64,000 bases of DNA from an uncultured archaeon. Lineage in GTDB: Archaea > Asgardarchaeota > Thorarchaeia > Thorarchaeales > Thorarchaeaceae. The translations under genes were made by a program, and so were the position numbers. The notes beneath the pieces were generated by a model. That model was not told the origin of the DNA. It ran no database searches and worked only from the letters and a program-made list of their open reading frames with translations. The stretch is taken from assembly GCA_964610875.1 (NCBI GenBank), contig CAZSWP010000017.1:4940-68939 (forward strand), given 5' to 3'. Below, one piece after another: positions 9,363-18,712 of the stretch (position 1 is its first letter; each line of letters opens with the position of its first letter).

Positions 9363-9887
9363 TTAGTCCTCCTCCAATGGTTCAAAATATGCAATGTCTC
9401 TAACAGACCCAACTCTCTCTTCCTCGGGCTTCCACACTGCACGGAGTTTCATTCCAATGTGCAAATCATCGGGTTTGCAGTTTCCTACAAGGTGGAGAAT
9501 GCCAACACCTTCGCTTGCTCCATCAATATCAATAACTGCAACAAGAATTGGTTCTTCTATTCTGTTCGCATCAGCATCGAGATAGGATATAGAGTAGGTA
9601 TTTATTGTTCCTGTATCTTTGACCTGAACCCACTCATCTGTGGAACGGAAACATTGCTCACAGAACATTCTGGGAGGTACTATTATACGCCCACATTCTC
9701 GACAACCGCGTCCAATGATTTTCCCTTCTTTTAAGCCCTCTAAGAACTTACTATATGCAATACCTGCACTCCAGACATATTTTGCATTAGGCCGCCACCA
9801 GAATGCAATTGCATCATCTGCTTTGAGTTCAGAGTCACGAAGGTAGACACCGGGAACTTCTTTCATTTTCTCACTCATCTCTTTCAT
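9363..9887 (-). CDS. DUF35 protein (Zn-ribbon + OB-fold), second paralog
   Basis: Has the zinc ribbon CRECGRIIVPPRMFCEQCFR. I chose the ATG at 9887, which forms an ATGA overlap with the stop of the upstream thiolase-fold gene. Confidence 0.8.
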   Translation of the reverse strand: MKEMSEKMKEVPGVYLRDSELKADDAIAFWWRPNAKYVWSAGIAYSKFLEGLKEGKIIGRGCRECGRIIVPPRMFCEQCFRSTDEWVQVKDTGTINTYSISYLDADANRIEEPILVAVIDIDGASEGVGILHLVGNCKPDDLHIGMKLRAVWKPEEERVGSVRDIAYFEPLEED

Positions 9888-11047
9888 CTCCTGAATACAG
9901 TAACTGTACCAACTTGCATGAGGTCTCCCCATGCTTGGCACACACCAGTTTCTGCTCCATCTACTTGCCGTTTACCAGCCTCATTTCTCAATTGCCAGAA
10001 TGCCTCACAGCATTTCATCAATCCGGCTGCTGCTATGGGATTGCCAACTCCTAAGAGACCACCCGAAGGACATATCGGAAGATCACCATCACGTTGAGTT
10101 ACACCCTCAGCTGTGAGTTTGGGAGCTTGCCCTTTTTCAGCCAGAAGTAAGCCTTCCATATGATGCAATTCTTTGTAGGTGAACGGATCATATGGCTCAG
10201 CAAAATCAACCTCTTTCGGAGGGTTATCGATTTTAGCCATCTTATAAGCCATCTTAGCCGCTTCAGCAACATATTGTGGGAAGTAGAGGTCTCTATTTGT
10301 CCAGTAGGAACTGTCAAGTGACCAGCCTACGCCATCAAGCCAAACAGGAGAATCAGTGTACTTCTTTGCAACATCCTCCGAAGCTAGAATCAGAGCGGCA
10401 GCACCATCACTCGGTGGACTGATATCCAATCGTTGAACTGGCCAGACCATAGTTTCAGAATTCATAACATCCTCAACAGTTATCTTGGCAGCCAATTGAG
10501 CACTTGGATGATCAAGAGCATTACCTTTGTTCTTTACGGCAACCTCAGCAATGTGTTCCTTTGGAATATTATGTTTCTGCATGTAACGATTCATTTCCAA
10601 GGCGAAAATCCAGACAAGATTCGGATTTAGAGGTCTAGTTATTATTGGATCCCAAATTGTACGGAATGCTGTCTGAGGATGTGGTTGACATGGACTCATT
10701 TTCTCTTCAGCAACAACAAGACATGTATCAAACAGACCTGAAGCTACATGCCACCAACCTGCTATAGGTGAGAATACACCAGTGCCACCACCAACGAACG
10801 GTCTCATATATGGTCTTCCAACACCACCAGCACCATCCAATAGATTCTCTGATTTCATGTGGATACCATCAAAAGCATCTGGAGCAGTACCCATGACTAC
10901 ACTCTCAATTTCACTAAGATTCATCTCAGCAGAATCAAGTGCCATCTTAGATGCATGATATGACAGTTCTTTGCCAGTTTCTTTCAATCTCCGCCTGAAA
11001 AGTGTGATTCCGGCTCCAATAACTGCTACTCGTTTCTTTTTCGTCAT
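9884..11047 (-). CDS. Thiolase-fold protein (SCP-x / DUF35-associated type)
   Basis: Thiolase-like blocks are present: VAVIGAGITLF, ASGLFDTCLVVAEEKMS, SDGAAALILASE, PSGGLLGVGNPIAAAG. The ATG at 11047 is preceded by GGAGGAG. Confidence 0.85.
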   Translation of the reverse strand: MTKKKRVAVIGAGITLFRRRLKETGKELSYHASKMALDSAEMNLSEIESVVMGTAPDAFDGIHMKSENLLDGAGGVGRPYMRPFVGGGTGVFSPIAGWWHVASGLFDTCLVVAEEKMSPCQPHPQTAFRTIWDPIITRPLNPNLVWIFALEMNRYMQKHNIPKEHIAEVAVKNKGNALDHPSAQLAAKITVEDVMNSETMVWPVQRLDISPPSDGAAALILASEDVAKKYTDSPVWLDGVGWSLDSSYWTNRDLYFPQYVAEAAKMAYKMAKIDNPPKEVDFAEPYDPFTYKELHHMEGLLLAEKGQAPKLTAEGVTQRDGDLPICPSGGLLGVGNPIAAAGLMKCCEAFWQLRNEAGKRQVDGAETGVCQAWGDLMQVGTVTVFRR

Positions 11048-11060
11048 TGTCCATCTCCTC

Positions 11061-12212
11061 CTATTTTTCACTCCCGAGGACCAGCATGCTGCCTGTTGCA
11101 GTTGGAACACCACGCCAAGATTGGGCAACTGCTGTATCTATATCATTCAATTGTCTCTTACCTGCATGCCCTCTAAGTTGAAGAACACACTCTAATACTG
11201 ATTGTAAAGAGGAAGCCTCGAGTAAGTTTCCTGCACCTAATCGACCACCGGAAATATTAACGGGGATATCTCCATCTTTGTTAAGAGCTCCTTCTTCAAG
11301 CAGCTTGCCTGCTTCGCCTTTCTTACAAAGCCCAATAGCTTCCAAGTGCTGGAGTTCTTTGTATGAAAACCAATCATCTACTTCAAAGAGCCCAATTTCC
11401 TTTTTCGGATTTGAAATTCCTGCCATCTTGAACGCTTTTTCTGCAGTCTTGCGAGCGTAAAGAGCATCACTCCAATTCCGTGATTCTAACCATGGAGTTT
11501 CAGAAATCCAACTCATCCCATTCAGCCATATGGGATACTCTGAGAGTTCTTTGGCTTTCTCTTCTGAAGCGAGTACGAATACAATTGCACCGTCTGCTAA
11601 TGGACTGATATCACGTTTTGTTAAGGGATCAGAAACCAGTTCTGCTTTCATCACCTCTTCAACAGACATCACTGACGGGTATGCTGCAAGGGGATTATCC
11701 AAAGCATTTCTCTTGTTCTTAGTAACTACATGAGCACACTGTTCCCGGTTATTACCAGATTCAGAGAGCCATTTTTTCATCTCAAGTCCAGCTACAAAGA
11801 ATGGATTCACATCCATGCTTCGATTGTATACTGGGTCAAGTGCATGAGTTACAATACCTGTGAATGATAACATATCAGATGCTTTGCTATGTGCTTCTAC
11901 CGCGGCAATATCAAACAACCCTGTTTCAATCTGCATGGCTGCGGTTATCAATGCCTGCATTCCGTCTCCACTTATTGTACAGACCGAGCGAAGGACTGCA
12001 CCTAGCTGGTCAGGTACGAACTCATCAAATATCGAGTAACCTTCCCAATAGTCCTCAGCACCTGTAACGAAACTGCCTATATCTTTCCTAGGATTGACCC
12101 CAGCATCTTCATATGCTTTTAAGGCAGCTTCAAACATCTGTTCTTTGAAGGAAACGTCGGGTGTTGTACTCCTAAAATCAGTATGTCCAATTCCAATAAT
12201 AGCAACTGTCAT
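11061..12212 (-). CDS. Thiolase-fold protein (SCP-x / DUF35-associated type), paralog
   Basis: Carries MTVAIIGIGHTDF, GLFDIAAVEAHSKAS, ADGAIVFVLASE and ISGGRLGAGNLLEASS. It is the first gene of the operon. Confidence 0.85.
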   Translation of the reverse strand: MTVAIIGIGHTDFRSTTPDVSFKEQMFEAALKAYEDAGVNPRKDIGSFVTGAEDYWEGYSIFDEFVPDQLGAVLRSVCTISGDGMQALITAAMQIETGLFDIAAVEAHSKASDMLSFTGIVTHALDPVYNRSMDVNPFFVAGLEMKKWLSESGNNREQCAHVVTKNKRNALDNPLAAYPSVMSVEEVMKAELVSDPLTKRDISPLADGAIVFVLASEEKAKELSEYPIWLNGMSWISETPWLESRNWSDALYARKTAEKAFKMAGISNPKKEIGLFEVDDWFSYKELQHLEAIGLCKKGEAGKLLEEGALNKDGDIPVNISGGRLGAGNLLEASSLQSVLECVLQLRGHAGKRQLNDIDTAVAQSWRGVPTATGSMLVLGSEK

Positions 12213-12330
12213 GGGAAGTACTTTCTCCTTCTCAAATTACCAAGCTTTCAACTTCCTAACCTTGGTGGATTTGGGAGGGATTGTAACCTCTATAAAGCCT
12301 TCCGGTAATTTGTGAGATACATTTTCAGCT

Positions 12331-12609
12331 TCAGTGAATCATCAACACATCTTCCTCTTTTGCAACATAGTAGTTGTAAATGAAGACAATAAGGAGACCA
12401 GGAATAGAGATACCTAGGGACACCAATGCAAGTTGGAATCTAAACAAACTGGGGTCAAGAGAATTATAAGTTAGCAGCCAGCCACCAAGAATGAAAATCA
12501 ACGAGAAGATAACATAGAAGAAGCTGCGCCAGCTCTGTTTAAGTTTAGGCCTATTGGAAACCTGCGTTTCAAAATCGGGACTTTCAATCGGCGTCCAGCT
12601 TCTAATCAC
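12331..12609 (-). CDS. Small membrane protein (2 TM), hypothetical
   Basis: Has two hydrophobic helices (FFYVIFSLIFILGGWLL, LALVSLGISIPGLLIVFIY). A GTG is the only available start. Confidence 0.4.
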   Translation of the reverse strand: MIRSWTPIESPDFETQVSNRPKLKQSWRSFFYVIFSLIFILGGWLLTYNSLDPSLFRFQLALVSLGISIPGLLIVFIYNYYVAKEEDVLMIH

Positions 12610-13003
12610 ATTGCCCTCATCTTCAATTTCAGCTTCGATCCATTGATGAAAATCAGGTACATCTAATCGAGATGTATCAAAAAGTACTTCTCAAGTACTT
12701 AGGTCAAGTCCTTCAAGATACCATCTGGTAATTCTGACTTGTTATACACCTTACCTGTTATGACTTCGAAACTCATACTCATACCCAAGAAGAATTCTGA
12801 AAAATTCGATATAGTTTTTTCGTGTCTAACTAAAACTAAGACAATAGACAAGATGCTTCATCTTTTCCATAACCGGTCATAATTGAATAAAATTATTAAT
12901 TTCTCACAATTGGCAATAAACACTTTTATGTTTTCAATAATCGATTCCAAAAAACTGGTAGAATGCTTTGACATGTATCCACTAGTAAATATGAGGAATA
13001 CCA

Positions 13004-13880
13004 ATGACAAAAAAAACTCAATGAAGAATCGTGGGACAAACTCTCGAAGCCATATCAATCATCTAGGAGAATCTCTCTTGAAAACTACCATTACGGAGCA
13101 TACGGTCCAGGTGAAAACGAACTCAAGATAATAGGAGATGTTTCTGGATTAGATATTCTGGAGGTAGGCTGTGGTGGAGGACAGAATTCCATCGTATTAA
13201 AAAAATGGGGAGCAAAATCAGTAGTGGGTATTGATATTTCTAATAAGCAAATTGAACACGCAAAAGATTTAGCAAAACAGAACAATGTTGATGTTGTTTT
13301 CATAAAACAAGACATGGATGATTTGTCGTGTTTCGAAAACCAGAAATTCGACCTTATTGTTTCATCACATGCAATCGGTTATGCTGAAGACTTTGATAAG
13401 GTCATGAGTGAGTGCAACCGCATTCTCAGAAAAGACGGACGTATTGTTGCATGTTTTGGGCATCCCGTATGGCAGGTAATAGGAGAAGCAATGGCTAGAG
13501 AGGATTTTAGCAAAATTACCAGTTATTTCAAAAAAGATCGACTGGTTTGGGACTGGCCAGGTGCTGACAATAAACCCATAGCTACCTTTGAGGATTCCAT
13601 TTTAACAATTAGTACTATTATGAATGGGATGATAGCAGCAGGATTCAAGATAATGAGAGTAGTTGAACCACACACGTATACCAAGCAGGAGATTCAAAGA
13701 CTCCATCCTGATGCGATACCATACATAGACTATGAGCCACTAAATGAAGGATTCATTGCAACAGGTCAGCTTCTACCCAGTGCTATAATAGTATCAGCAA
13801 TAAATAATAGCATTACTTCGCTTAATACGACTGTACCTTTTGTTATTCAGAGGAAATATATACAACGAATACAAGGAAAA
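13004..13880 (+). pseudogene. Class I SAM-dependent methyltransferase paralog with a frameshifted start and no stop codon (pseudogene, sequencing error or N-terminal fusion domain)
   Basis: An RBS (GAGGA) and the ATG at 13004 are followed by an A8 run (13009..13016). After a +1 shift the frame reads ..LNEESWDKL..ENYHYGAYGPGENELKIIGDVSGLDILEVGCGGGQNS.., which is colinear with the intact paralog at 19492..20310. The frame then runs without a stop into the giant ORF. Confidence 0.55.
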
Positions 13881-16800
13881 ATGGAAAGGTCGCGTGGCAC
13901 TATGAGGATCAGGTTCTTTTCTATAGTTCTTATTCTATCTCTACTGGTGAATCCACTTATCGTAGCAATGAACTCTGATGTGGGCACCCAGTTGAGTGTT
14001 AAAACACACTCTCAAAAGATAGAACAAAGTTCAAGAGATGACGGATACCCAGCAAGTATCCTATTCAACCCAGATAATCAGATTTGTAGGAGTGCAGCAG
14101 AAAAGCTCTATCATGAGCTATCCCCTACAAGTCTTATCATTAATTTGATTCCAATCAAATCAGAGGAAATGCTCACACAAAATATGATTGACTCAAAGAT
14201 GAACATCTATGTTTTTCATGGTACTGAGAACGGAATGGAAGTAGGATCAGAAATCATATCTTGGCTTACACTAAGTACCATTATCGATCAAACCGGTCCT
14301 GAACACAATATATTCCAAGTTTGTCATTCAAACCTTCTTGAAGACATGCTCCCTGACAAAAGTATTCATACTCTCAAAGGATCTATTGACACTGAGATAG
14401 CAATACTTGGAGCATTATGTGCCATCTATGATATTTTTGACTTGTCGACTGATTCAAAAGAAGAAGCATTGGCAAGCGAAATTTTTGATATCACCAGTAT
14501 CTATCTACTAAGTAATCTAAACACTATAATACAACGAACAATGAATCCTCAAAACACACTTGATGGTTTTTACATAGATTATGGACAGGATGAAACAGAC
14601 GCACGTGGACCTTGGGGATGGATCATTGACGTGTTCATGTACATCCTTCTAGTCACGGGATACACAAATGGTGACTGGTACGATTCAAATTCTACACATG
14701 TGAATTTTGATAAAGATAGAATCAACAGCGGTTCTACTGGAACAGGCTCCATGACCATGGAGAAGATGGGAGGAGGAGACAAAGATACAGGCGAGTTCCC
14801 ATTTGAGATTCCCATTGATTTTGACGTTACCCCAAGAATTGGTACTGGACCCTGGTACATGCCAGACTATGTGGATTTGGTATTTACCGTGCAAGCTGAA
14901 GACGGAGCACTTGACTTAGCCAAGGTCCTTGGACTAAAACAAGTCTTCAAAGCTGCAGGATATGATGTTTCACTTGAACTCACACCAAAACTTAGTGCTA
15001 CATTACGTATAGGTAACTTCATTCAACAAATAGCTGATGCCAACCCAACGGTAGCAGAGAATCCTTTCAAATTCATGGGAGGGTCATTCTCAATTGAACT
15101 TGGTTTCGAGCTTGGGATTCCATTGGCAACGTTCTTGGATTACCTCATTCCTGGAACTGGAAAGACGGTTTCCACAATAATGGATGTCTTGAACATGAAG
15201 GTCAATTTGGTCAACTACTTGTCTCTTGCACTAGGGATGAACTACAATGCTACCACTGAAGCTTCAAAGCAAGATGTAACGTTGAAGGTTGGATTTGGAC
15301 TAGACATAGCACTGAGTCTGCCTTCACCAGCATCATACATCAAAGAGGCAATAGGTGTCAGTCTACCTTTAGACTTCATAAAGCTTGGACTCCAACTGAA
15401 GGCAAAGACAGGTATCTTAGCACAAGCATCTTTTGGACACGAGGGTGATTCGTTCAAAGTCGGACTCTTCTATAATCTCTTCTTCAAGTTCTATGCTTCA
15501 CTCTTCTGGATTTTCAAGTTTGATGTTACCAAGTCATGGAAAGGTACCGTTCCCTTTCTTTCAATCCAGTCAAAAAATAGTAACACCAATCCTCCAACAG
15601 ACGAGCACGCAAACTTGGACCTCGATGGTGATGGGCTCTGGGACGAACTTGAGAAAAGCATGGGTCTTGATCCTACTCAAGTTGATACTGATGGTGACCA
15701 CCTCTCAGATGGAAATGAATTACTGAACTACTTCACTGACCCTTTACTAAGTGATACAGACGCTGATGGGCTTTCCGACTCCGAAGAACTTGCGTTGTTT
15801 TACGCTGCTGGCCTCGACCCATTGGCAGACTATGACAATGATGGCAAACCTAGTATCATGGATTATGACAGCGATGATGATGGGCTCAATGATAAACAAG
15901 AACTCAAGGGAATGAGCAGTGTGTATTGGCTTGAAGTCATTAAAACCAATCCTTCAGTAAAGGACAGCGATTACGATGGGTTTACTGATTCTGAGGAATG
16001 GGCTTTTGCTGGACATGATTTGGAAGATGCACATCCACACCCACTAAAGAAAGACTCAGATCAAGATGGACTTTGGGATAAGTTCGAATATGATTGGTAT
16101 CAGAATGAGTATGGTGTTCCATCTCCAGTATTATATATTCTAAATAGCGATGTTGATGGAGAAGGCTTGAATGATGGAGAGGAATTCGACTACGGCACTT
16201 CGCCACTCGATATTGATACAGACAACGACTTCGACCTCAATAATGATAACATCATTAATTCAACTGAACAAAATCTTGCCATCAATGACGGTAACTATGG
16301 CAGCTTCACTGATTACGGAGAAATTCAAGGGAATACTTGGCAAGCTTGGAATTTTGGTCTGGACGACTGCGTGCCACCAAACCCAACACCTACTAATCCT
16401 CTCAAGAAAGATTCAGATAACGATGGAGTCAGTGACGTTGCTGAGTACACAGCAAATACACTTCCTGTTTCAGAAGATTCGGATGCTGACGGTATTGAAA
16501 ATGTACAAGACTTCTTCTTCTTCCATGCTAATTGTACTGACCCAGATACAGATAATGACTATCTAAGAGATGGAACTGAGGTCCAGTACTATAACCTGAT
16601 AAGAGGTATATCCAATGAGAGCATTGCCAATCTACATTACTTGAATAACTCTGATGTTGATGAAGATGGAGTGCTTGATGGTTTAGAACTTAGAATAGGG
16701 ACTGATCCTCTCAATAACGATACTGACTCTGATGGGTTGCTGGATGGAGAAGAGCTTGAGATAGGTTCCTACCCGCTGGTTAATGATACAGATGAGGACT

Positions 16801-18623
16801 CATTGTTGGATGGTGTTGAAGTACACTACTATAACACGGATCCACTCCGAAAAGACACAGATAATGATGGACTCCCAGACCCAATTGAAGTAGTTGAGGG
16901 AAGCCTCTACATCCTGTACAGAGGTAATGTGACATACTTTACGAATCCAAATGATCCTGATTCAGATGATGATGGAATCACAGATGGGGAGGAATACTAT
17001 GGCTGGAACTGGGCAGTTGACCGGAAAGTAGCTCCAGGTTCTAATGATATTGATGAACCAATCATAGAAGAGGATGACGAGTATATCCTCGACGAATTGT
17101 TTGGAGCTCCAGACCCATACCGTGCTCGTTTCCAGACACACCCTGCAGATCCAGATACAGACATGGATGGACTTTCCGATGGCCTTGAGAAGGAAATTGT
17201 CCTCTCACCTTTGACAAATGACACAGATGCAGACAATTGGATAGATGTGGATGAGATTGACTACATGATGAAAAGATTCCCCAGCACGTGGGAGAGCTAT
17301 GACATTTGGCACTATCTTGACTTTGATAGAGATGGTGTGAGTGACTTTGTAGAAATGCAAGAAGGCACTGATATGTTAATGCCCGATACTGACATGGATG
17401 GGCTTGATGACTGGACGGAGCTATTTGTACCGAGTTCAGTGTCGAACGAAAGCACTGGTTCAATTGGCACAAGAGAGGGAGTCACAGTTACCGCTAACAC
17501 AACTTTACCTGAGAATAGAAGGTACACTCTTGCAACGAAAGCAGATACGGATGAAGACGGTCTCAATGACTATTGGGAACTCATGAATGGGACGGACCCT
17601 CTTAATCCCGATTCGGACTTTGACGACCTCACTGATTATGAAGAGTTGGTCACATATCAGACCTATGAGGGGTCAATAAAGGTTTCACTTGACCCTCTGA
17701 ATAATGATACAGATGCAGATGGCATTATTGATGGAGTTGAAGTCCAATATTGTGAGGAACGTATGAGTGAAAGCGGTAACTCTGAACATGGCCCAATGGG
17801 TGACTTCGATAATGATGGTATCATTAATATCTTAGATTATGATTCAGACGACGATGGCATCTATGATGGATTTGAGGTTTTTGAATATCACGACCCATCT
17901 TTGAGTTGGCATCCCATTGGTACTGACATGTTTGATGGAGACCAAAACAACGACATGTGGGTTGATGGTATTGATACAGATTTCGATAATGATTCTCTAT
18001 CAGACTATCATGAGCTTACTATGATTATACCCGGTTACACATACACCACTCTTGGAGATGAAAACACAACCTTCAGACATTACTCACATCTTATCAACCA
18101 TACACTCTGTGTGCTTGAAGATACAGATTCTGATGGCTATAATGATGGTTGGGAGATCAACTTTGGCTCGGATCCGTTGAATCCAAATAGTTTTCCGCAA
18201 ATATTCAGCTGGCAAATCCCAGACTTCGGATACAACATTGGTTTTCAGACATCATCCAATATTCAAAATCAGACTTTTAGTACTGAAGATGGTACTTTGG
18301 AGTTTGACATCAGTGGACCAGAAGGGACCATTGGTTTCTGCAATGTGACTATTCCTCATGGTCTTCTTTATGCAGCTCAGAATGAGTGGATTGTCCTCTT
18401 CGATGGTGATCCGATAAGTTATGTTGCTGAACCAAATGAAACTGCAACTATGATTTCCTTTTCTTATCAACACAGTGAACACCATGTCGTAATACAAGGT
18501 ACTGATGTTCTATCACCTCCTAGTGGTTTTGACCCGATTCAATTACTACTCATTGGTTCCATAGTAGGTGTAGTCATTATAGTTGTCTTAGTTTTCTTGT
18601 TGAAACAGAGAAAACAATCTTAG
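13881..18623 (+). CDS. Giant surface protein with thrombospondin type-3-like Ca-binding repeats and a C-terminal TM anchor
   Basis: The ATG at 13881 (or 13902) precedes a signal/anchor helix, RIRFFSIVLILSLLVNPLIVAM. The central part has more than 20 DxDxDGxxDxxE motifs. The C-terminus is LLLIGSIVGVVIIVVLVFLLKQRKQS. The listed 1799-aa ORF start (13224) lies inside the upstream methyltransferase homology. Confidence 0.8.
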   Translation: MERSRGTMRIRFFSIVLILSLLVNPLIVAMNSDVGTQLSVKTHSQKIEQSSRDDGYPASILFNPDNQICRSAAEKLYHELSPTSLIINLIPIKSEEMLTQNMIDSKMNIYVFHGTENGMEVGSEIISWLTLSTIIDQTGPEHNIFQVCHSNLLEDMLPDKSIHTLKGSIDTEIAILGALCAIYDIFDLSTDSKEEALASEIFDITSIYLLSNLNTIIQRTMNPQNTLDGFYIDYGQDETDARGPWGWIIDVFMYILLVTGYTNGDWYDSNSTHVNFDKDRINSGSTGTGSMTMEKMGGGDKDTGEFPFEIPIDFDVTPRIGTGPWYMPDYVDLVFTVQAEDGALDLAKVLGLKQVFKAAGYDVSLELTPKLSATLRIGNFIQQIADANPTVAENPFKFMGGSFSIELGFELGIPLATFLDYLIPGTGKTVSTIMDVLNMKVNLVNYLSLALGMNYNATTEASKQDVTLKVGFGLDIALSLPSPASYIKEAIGVSLPLDFIKLGLQLKAKTGILAQASFGHEGDSFKVGLFYNLFFKFYASLFWIFKFDVTKSWKGTVPFLSIQSKNSNTNPPTDEHANLDLDGDGLWDELEKSMGLDPTQVDTDGDHLSDGNELLNYFTDPLLSDTDADGLSDSEELALFYAAGLDPLADYDNDGKPSIMDYDSDDDGLNDKQELKGMSSVYWLEVIKTNPSVKDSDYDGFTDSEEWAFAGHDLEDAHPHPLKKDSDQDGLWDKFEYDWYQNEYGVPSPVLYILNSDVDGEGLNDGEEFDYGTSPLDIDTDNDFDLNNDNIINSTEQNLAINDGNYGSFTDYGEIQGNTWQAWNFGLDDCVPPNPTPTNPLKKDSDNDGVSDVAEYTANTLPVSEDSDADGIENVQDFFFFHANCTDPDTDNDYLRDGTEVQYYNLIRGISNESIANLHYLNNSDVDEDGVLDGLELRIGTDPLNNDTDSDGLLDGEELEIGSYPLVNDTDEDSLLDGVEVHYYNTDPLRKDTDNDGLPDPIEVVEGSLYILYRGNVTYFTNPNDPDSDDDGITDGEEYYGWNWAVDRKVAPGSNDIDEPIIEEDDEYILDELFGAPDPYRARFQTHPADPDTDMDGLSDGLEKEIVLSPLTNDTDADNWIDVDEIDYMMKRFPSTWESYDIWHYLDFDRDGVSDFVEMQEGTDMLMPDTDMDGLDDWTELFVPSSVSNESTGSIGTREGVTVTANTTLPENRRYTLATKADTDEDGLNDYWELMNGTDPLNPDSDFDDLTDYEELVTYQTYEGSIKVSLDPLNNDTDADGIIDGVEVQYCEERMSESGNSEHGPMGDFDNDGIINILDYDSDDDGIYDGFEVFEYHDPSLSWHPIGTDMFDGDQNNDMWVDGIDTDFDNDSLSDYHELTMIIPGYTYTTLGDENTTFRHYSHLINHTLCVLEDTDSDGYNDGWEINFGSDPLNPNSFPQIFSWQIPDFGYNIGFQTSSNIQNQTFSTEDGTLEFDISGPEGTIGFCNVTIPHGLLYAAQNEWIVLFDGDPISYVAEPNETATMISFSYQHSEHHVVIQGTDVLSPPSGFDPIQLLLIGSIVGVVIIVVLVFLLKQRKQS
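15618..18190 (+). repeat. Array of TSP3-like acidic calcium-binding repeats (coding)
   Basis: The motif recurs as DLDGDGLWDE, DTDGDHLSDGNE, DTDADGLSDSEE, DSDQDGLWDKFE, DTDSDGLLDGEE, DTDNDGLPDPIE, DPDTDMDGLSDGLE, DTDEDGLNDYWE, DTDADGIIDGVE, DTDSDGYNDGWE and others. Confidence 0.75.
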
Positions 18624-18628
18624 TTGGC

Positions 18629-18659
18629 TGGCAGAGCTATTCTGCCACCACATTTTTTC
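18629..18659 (+). terminator. Hairpin plus T-run downstream of the giant gene
   Basis: TGGCAGA-gctat-TCTGCCA (7-bp stem) is followed by TTTTTT at 18654..18659. Confidence 0.4.
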
Positions 18660-18712
18660 TTTATCAATGATAAATCAATTTACTCCGGGTTTGAAGTAAT
18701 ATTACATTGTAA

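Noticed and set aside
12681-12700. Short direct repeat AAGTACTT-ctc-AAGTACTT in the 12.6-13.0 kb intergenic region, considered as a possible operator.
   Set aside because: It is too short to distinguish from chance in AT-rich intergenic DNA, and there is no partner regulator evidence.
16171-17472. Internal alternate-frame or antisense ORFs inside the TSP3 region (16171..16566 +, 17062..17472 -, and others).
   Set aside because: These are shadows of the GAT/GAC-rich repeat coding frame.
13224-18623. The listed 1799-aa ORF start (GTG at 13224) as the true start of the giant protein.
   Set aside because: 13224 lies inside the methyltransferase homology, downstream of its GxGxG motif, so it merely marks the first canonical start after the stop at 13005. 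The biologically sensible starts are 13004 (with a frameshift) for the MTase and 13881 or 13902 for the giant.
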